DNA of 63,963 nucleotides, counting the filler, from Thelocarpon superellum (lineage: Eukaryota): assembly GCA_026025795.1 (NCBI GenBank). It is 9 parts of 9 records of this genome, joined end to end, with 100 filler letters (N's around TTAATTAATTAA, not from the genome) between each part and the next. Parts side by side here need not be neighbours in the genome. Positions count along the whole stretch, not along the records: positions 58,054 to 63,963 come from JAPEUG010000697.1; 8 more parts are not named here. One strand, written 5' to 3'. The position numbers and the translations under genes are program-made. A model generated the notes under the pieces. The model saw nothing but the letters and a program-made list of their open reading frames with translations, was not told the DNA's origin and did not search any database. Of this stretch, positions 60,901 through 63,963 are shown piece after piece. Within the stretch, counting starts at the first letter, position 1; the number at the start of each line of letters is the position of its first letter.

Positions 60901-63900
60901 TTGGCCGACAGCTTCACCCGCTGCGTGGTTGAAGTCCTCGCCTCTTCGCTTTCACGATCGAACTCTAAGATTCGCTAGTTTTAGCCCTCTAGCGTGGGCG
61001 CCATCGCCGCGGCCACATCCGTGAGCACAATGATCGACGACCAACTGCTGCCCACGTCCCTTGTCACTTGTGCCCCGCTCCATTCGAGAATCCTTGTCGC
61101 TCGCCATCGCTGCATCGGCCGGCGAACCTTGCCAGCTGCCTCGGTCCCTCGACACCCACTGCAGGCAGCGTGGCACGCATGGCGATAGGCAAGGCCGGCC
61201 ACGCCGGCCACGCCGCCGCTCCGGCGTCGGGAGAGTCCGGTGCGCACCACGGGCGGTGGTCTACACTGCCCCGGCTGTCAGGGCGGTTTGTGGGTTGCGC
61301 CGCGCACGGTCGACGCGCGCGTCGGGCCTTTCCCTCGCCGCACGGTTATGGGCCCGGGCCGGAGCAGGTCGGGACCGCGACAGGTACGCTGCGTCGTGCC
61401 TTCCGCCGCCGCCATCGCCAGCAAACCAGGGACGGTGCGGCTGCGACCGAGGCGGATGTTCGCGCGCCGATCGGCCATGCAGTGCGCTTTGATCGGAATC
61501 CATGCCCGCACCGCACTCCGTCCACCGCCCACCGCCGCACCTCGGGAGGTCGTGGTAGGTGTGCGGCGTTTGCCGGTCGCAAGATATGAGGCGCGAATTG
61601 GAGCGCTTCGGCCCTCGCTCGCAGGGTCCGCGTTGCTGCATCGGCTCCGGGGCCACGTTCCTGCCACGGCTGCCGCGATTGCTCGCGCCCTCACCGACCA
61701 GCAGCGATTGCGCTCGGCATGCCTAGCACGCCAGGTAGATCTGCACACCCCGTCTTTACGTATCGCATCTACCCGAGCATACCAGACCCTCCGCAGGGCT
61801 AAGATGGTCTGCAGGAGCGAGTGCAGGCAGGTTGGCAGAACATGCACCTCATGATGCCGTGATGCGTCTGCACGGGTGCACGCGCACTGACGCTACCATC
61901 GCCTGACGACTCCCGCGACCTCCTGACCGCATCGCATGAGGGTCGAGGGTTGCGTAGGCCCTCTGCGCTCTGGATTGTGGCTCTCCTTCGCGGCGGTCGA
62001 CCGACAATTCCCCCCTCCAAACATGCGGACACGATCAAGTATCATGGACGTGCACTGGATCCTTGTCCTTTCCCTACCCCTCCCCCAATAATGCACAAAC
62101 CCCCTCCCCCCTTCGGAGACCCGGGCGGGACCCGGAGCTAAGATTTTACCGACGTCATGCTCGCTTCAGCTGAGAGAAGTCGGTCTGCCAACCCGTCCAA
62201 TTCGCTGTGCCAGGGCTACAGGAGGGGCAAGGGAGGGGTCGCTGGTGCTATTTGCTCGTCGCGCCCGCGATTGGCCCACGACGACAAATCTCCGTGCCCT
62301 GGCCCGCTTTGCTTTCCCTGGACACGCAAGAAATTTTCTTTCGTTGAGCCGAAGTCTATCTAGCTAAGGCAACGCGCGGGAACGGGCGGCCGGGAGCAAC
62401 CACGTTGCTCCAGACGGCCGCGACCGACCTTTCGATCGTCGACCTAGTCGGTCACGGTACCTCGCCAGCGTCTCCTTGGCGTGTTGCGTCGTGATCACCG
62501 AACGCTTAATCCAGTCGCAATGTGATGCGACACTGGCGCGAGAGGCAAAGTGACCACTTGAACTGCGGAGCCGTCGCGGATTGCCCGGCCCGTCGATGAC
62601 GTGGAAACGACGATTGGCCTCGTCAGGGCATCGGCATAGTGCATCGGGTCGAAATACGCATGGATCACAGCACCTCTCGCCCGCAGACCATTTGCGCGGT
62701 GGCGACCAGATCGTTTCGAAAAGGGCCGGATCGTAGGAGGTTGGTGGGGTGAGTAAGCGGGCCAGGTTCCGTGCTCCGTGATGAAACCTTGAAGCAAATT
62801 TCCTTCCCAGGTGCATCTTCCGAGCCCAGCCTTAACCCAAGCGAACCCTCACGGGGGTACTTCCTCGCTCCATACCCGTGGCGCTGGCGCCCGCGCCCGC
62901 GCCCGCGCCCGCGCTCGCGCCCTCCCCAGGCTGCTTTTCGGGCGCACGCGAGCAACGATTCCGGGTAAAACCCCAACCACGACATCTGACTCACCTTAGA
63001 CAAGACGATCGTCATTAGGTAGCAGTCTCCGCTAGACAACCACTCTGAACCATCATCGATCCCTGGCCGCAGGGGATGGGGACTGCTGTGAGATGGCCTA
63101 TACGCCCTCACGCCCGTGACAGCAGACTGGTCGCGCTCGGAGCTCGGGCTCAACGAGGACTTATAAGTAACTGTCTCTGGATATTCATGTGGACGGTACC
63201 TGTCGGGCCAGGTTCGATCGCCCCGGTCGTAGCAGCGCGGGTCCGCCGGAAAGGGTCGATGTCGCGTGGCCCACGACCGGGGCCAGGGTAGGAGGGAGGG
63301 GTGGGAGGGGACGCGCGCAGACAGGAATGCTGGCCAAGGGATCAGCCGTGCGGGCGAGCGCATGGTCGTCAGGCCTTATGCGAACATTTTACCGAGCGAA
63401 AGGCTAGGTTAGGTCGGCGGCGTGCGCCGCACGCCCGAACCCAGTGACGTTAGTTGGCACGCTTGACATGGGGCTCGTGGGCGAGTGGGCTGAACGTATC
63501 CCGGGCCTTCTCTTCTCGCCCCTCCCTCCCCCAGCACGCCAACGCCGATGGTACGTCGACCTAGGCTAAGGGATGCGCTGCGGTCTGGGGATGCTGCTGA
63601 ATCCGAGGTACGTTGCGCACTCCCCGTACTCACTACCCGTCCAGGACGTCGCCGCCACCACATGGCCTACGCCATTCTACTCACAATCTCGCTTTCCACA
63701 AGCGTCGGCCCTGGATATCTGTACTCGTGACGCTTAGGCAATCGCTCAGGCAGTCTGTCTGTCTGTCCGTTCAGTGGGTCGCTCCGGTGAAAGGGCCGTC
63801 TTGGTAGGTTCAGTCAGGCAGAGGGGCTTAATTAAGTCTCTTCATGCGTGGGTCACCGCTGATGAGCAACGGCCGAGGTGCACCCGTCGCCCGCCGCTGG

Positions 63901-63963
63901 CCGTCCGCCCAACCCGCGCCACGCATCAGCTCGTCACCGCCCACGCCCGGGCGCAGCAGGCCC

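Overview
Eukaryotic DNA from a GC-rich filamentous ascomycete (Pezizomycotina-type genes; short GT-AG introns with CTRAY branch sites). The window is not one contiguous locus. It contains nine pieces joined by eight identical 100-nt N spacers carrying TTAATTAATTAA. The seven complete pieces fall steadily in length (7303, 7182, 7169, 7088, 7063, 7062, 7061 nt), so these are size-sorted unplaced contigs and gene order across gaps means nothing. Most genes are conserved housekeeping genes: CipB-like reductase, Ima1, Ade12, Hsf1, Cwc27, an RFC small subunit, Fis1, a RING E3, a PTH11-like protein, CCDC124, Mtg2, an MFS transporter, a HAL/Ptk-type kinase, thiolase, reticulon, Ncs1/Frq1, a SPOUT1-like MTase, Met1, Sur7, Rav2, Spc19, Bud32, Maf1 and Aps1. 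There are also two decayed gene relics (NACHT-ankyrin and patatin) and a 327-bp hAT-type MITE with an 8-bp TSD. The most interesting signals concern splicing. The reticulon gene has two consecutive [D5,6] nested spliceosomal twin introns (stwintrons) flanking a 72-nt in-frame exon. The AP-1 sigma gene has a GC-AG intron and two alternative terminal exons. There is also a spliced 72-aa CxxC..CxxC microprotein gene next to a duplicated fragment of MET1. All product calls come from motif recognition by eye; no searches were run.
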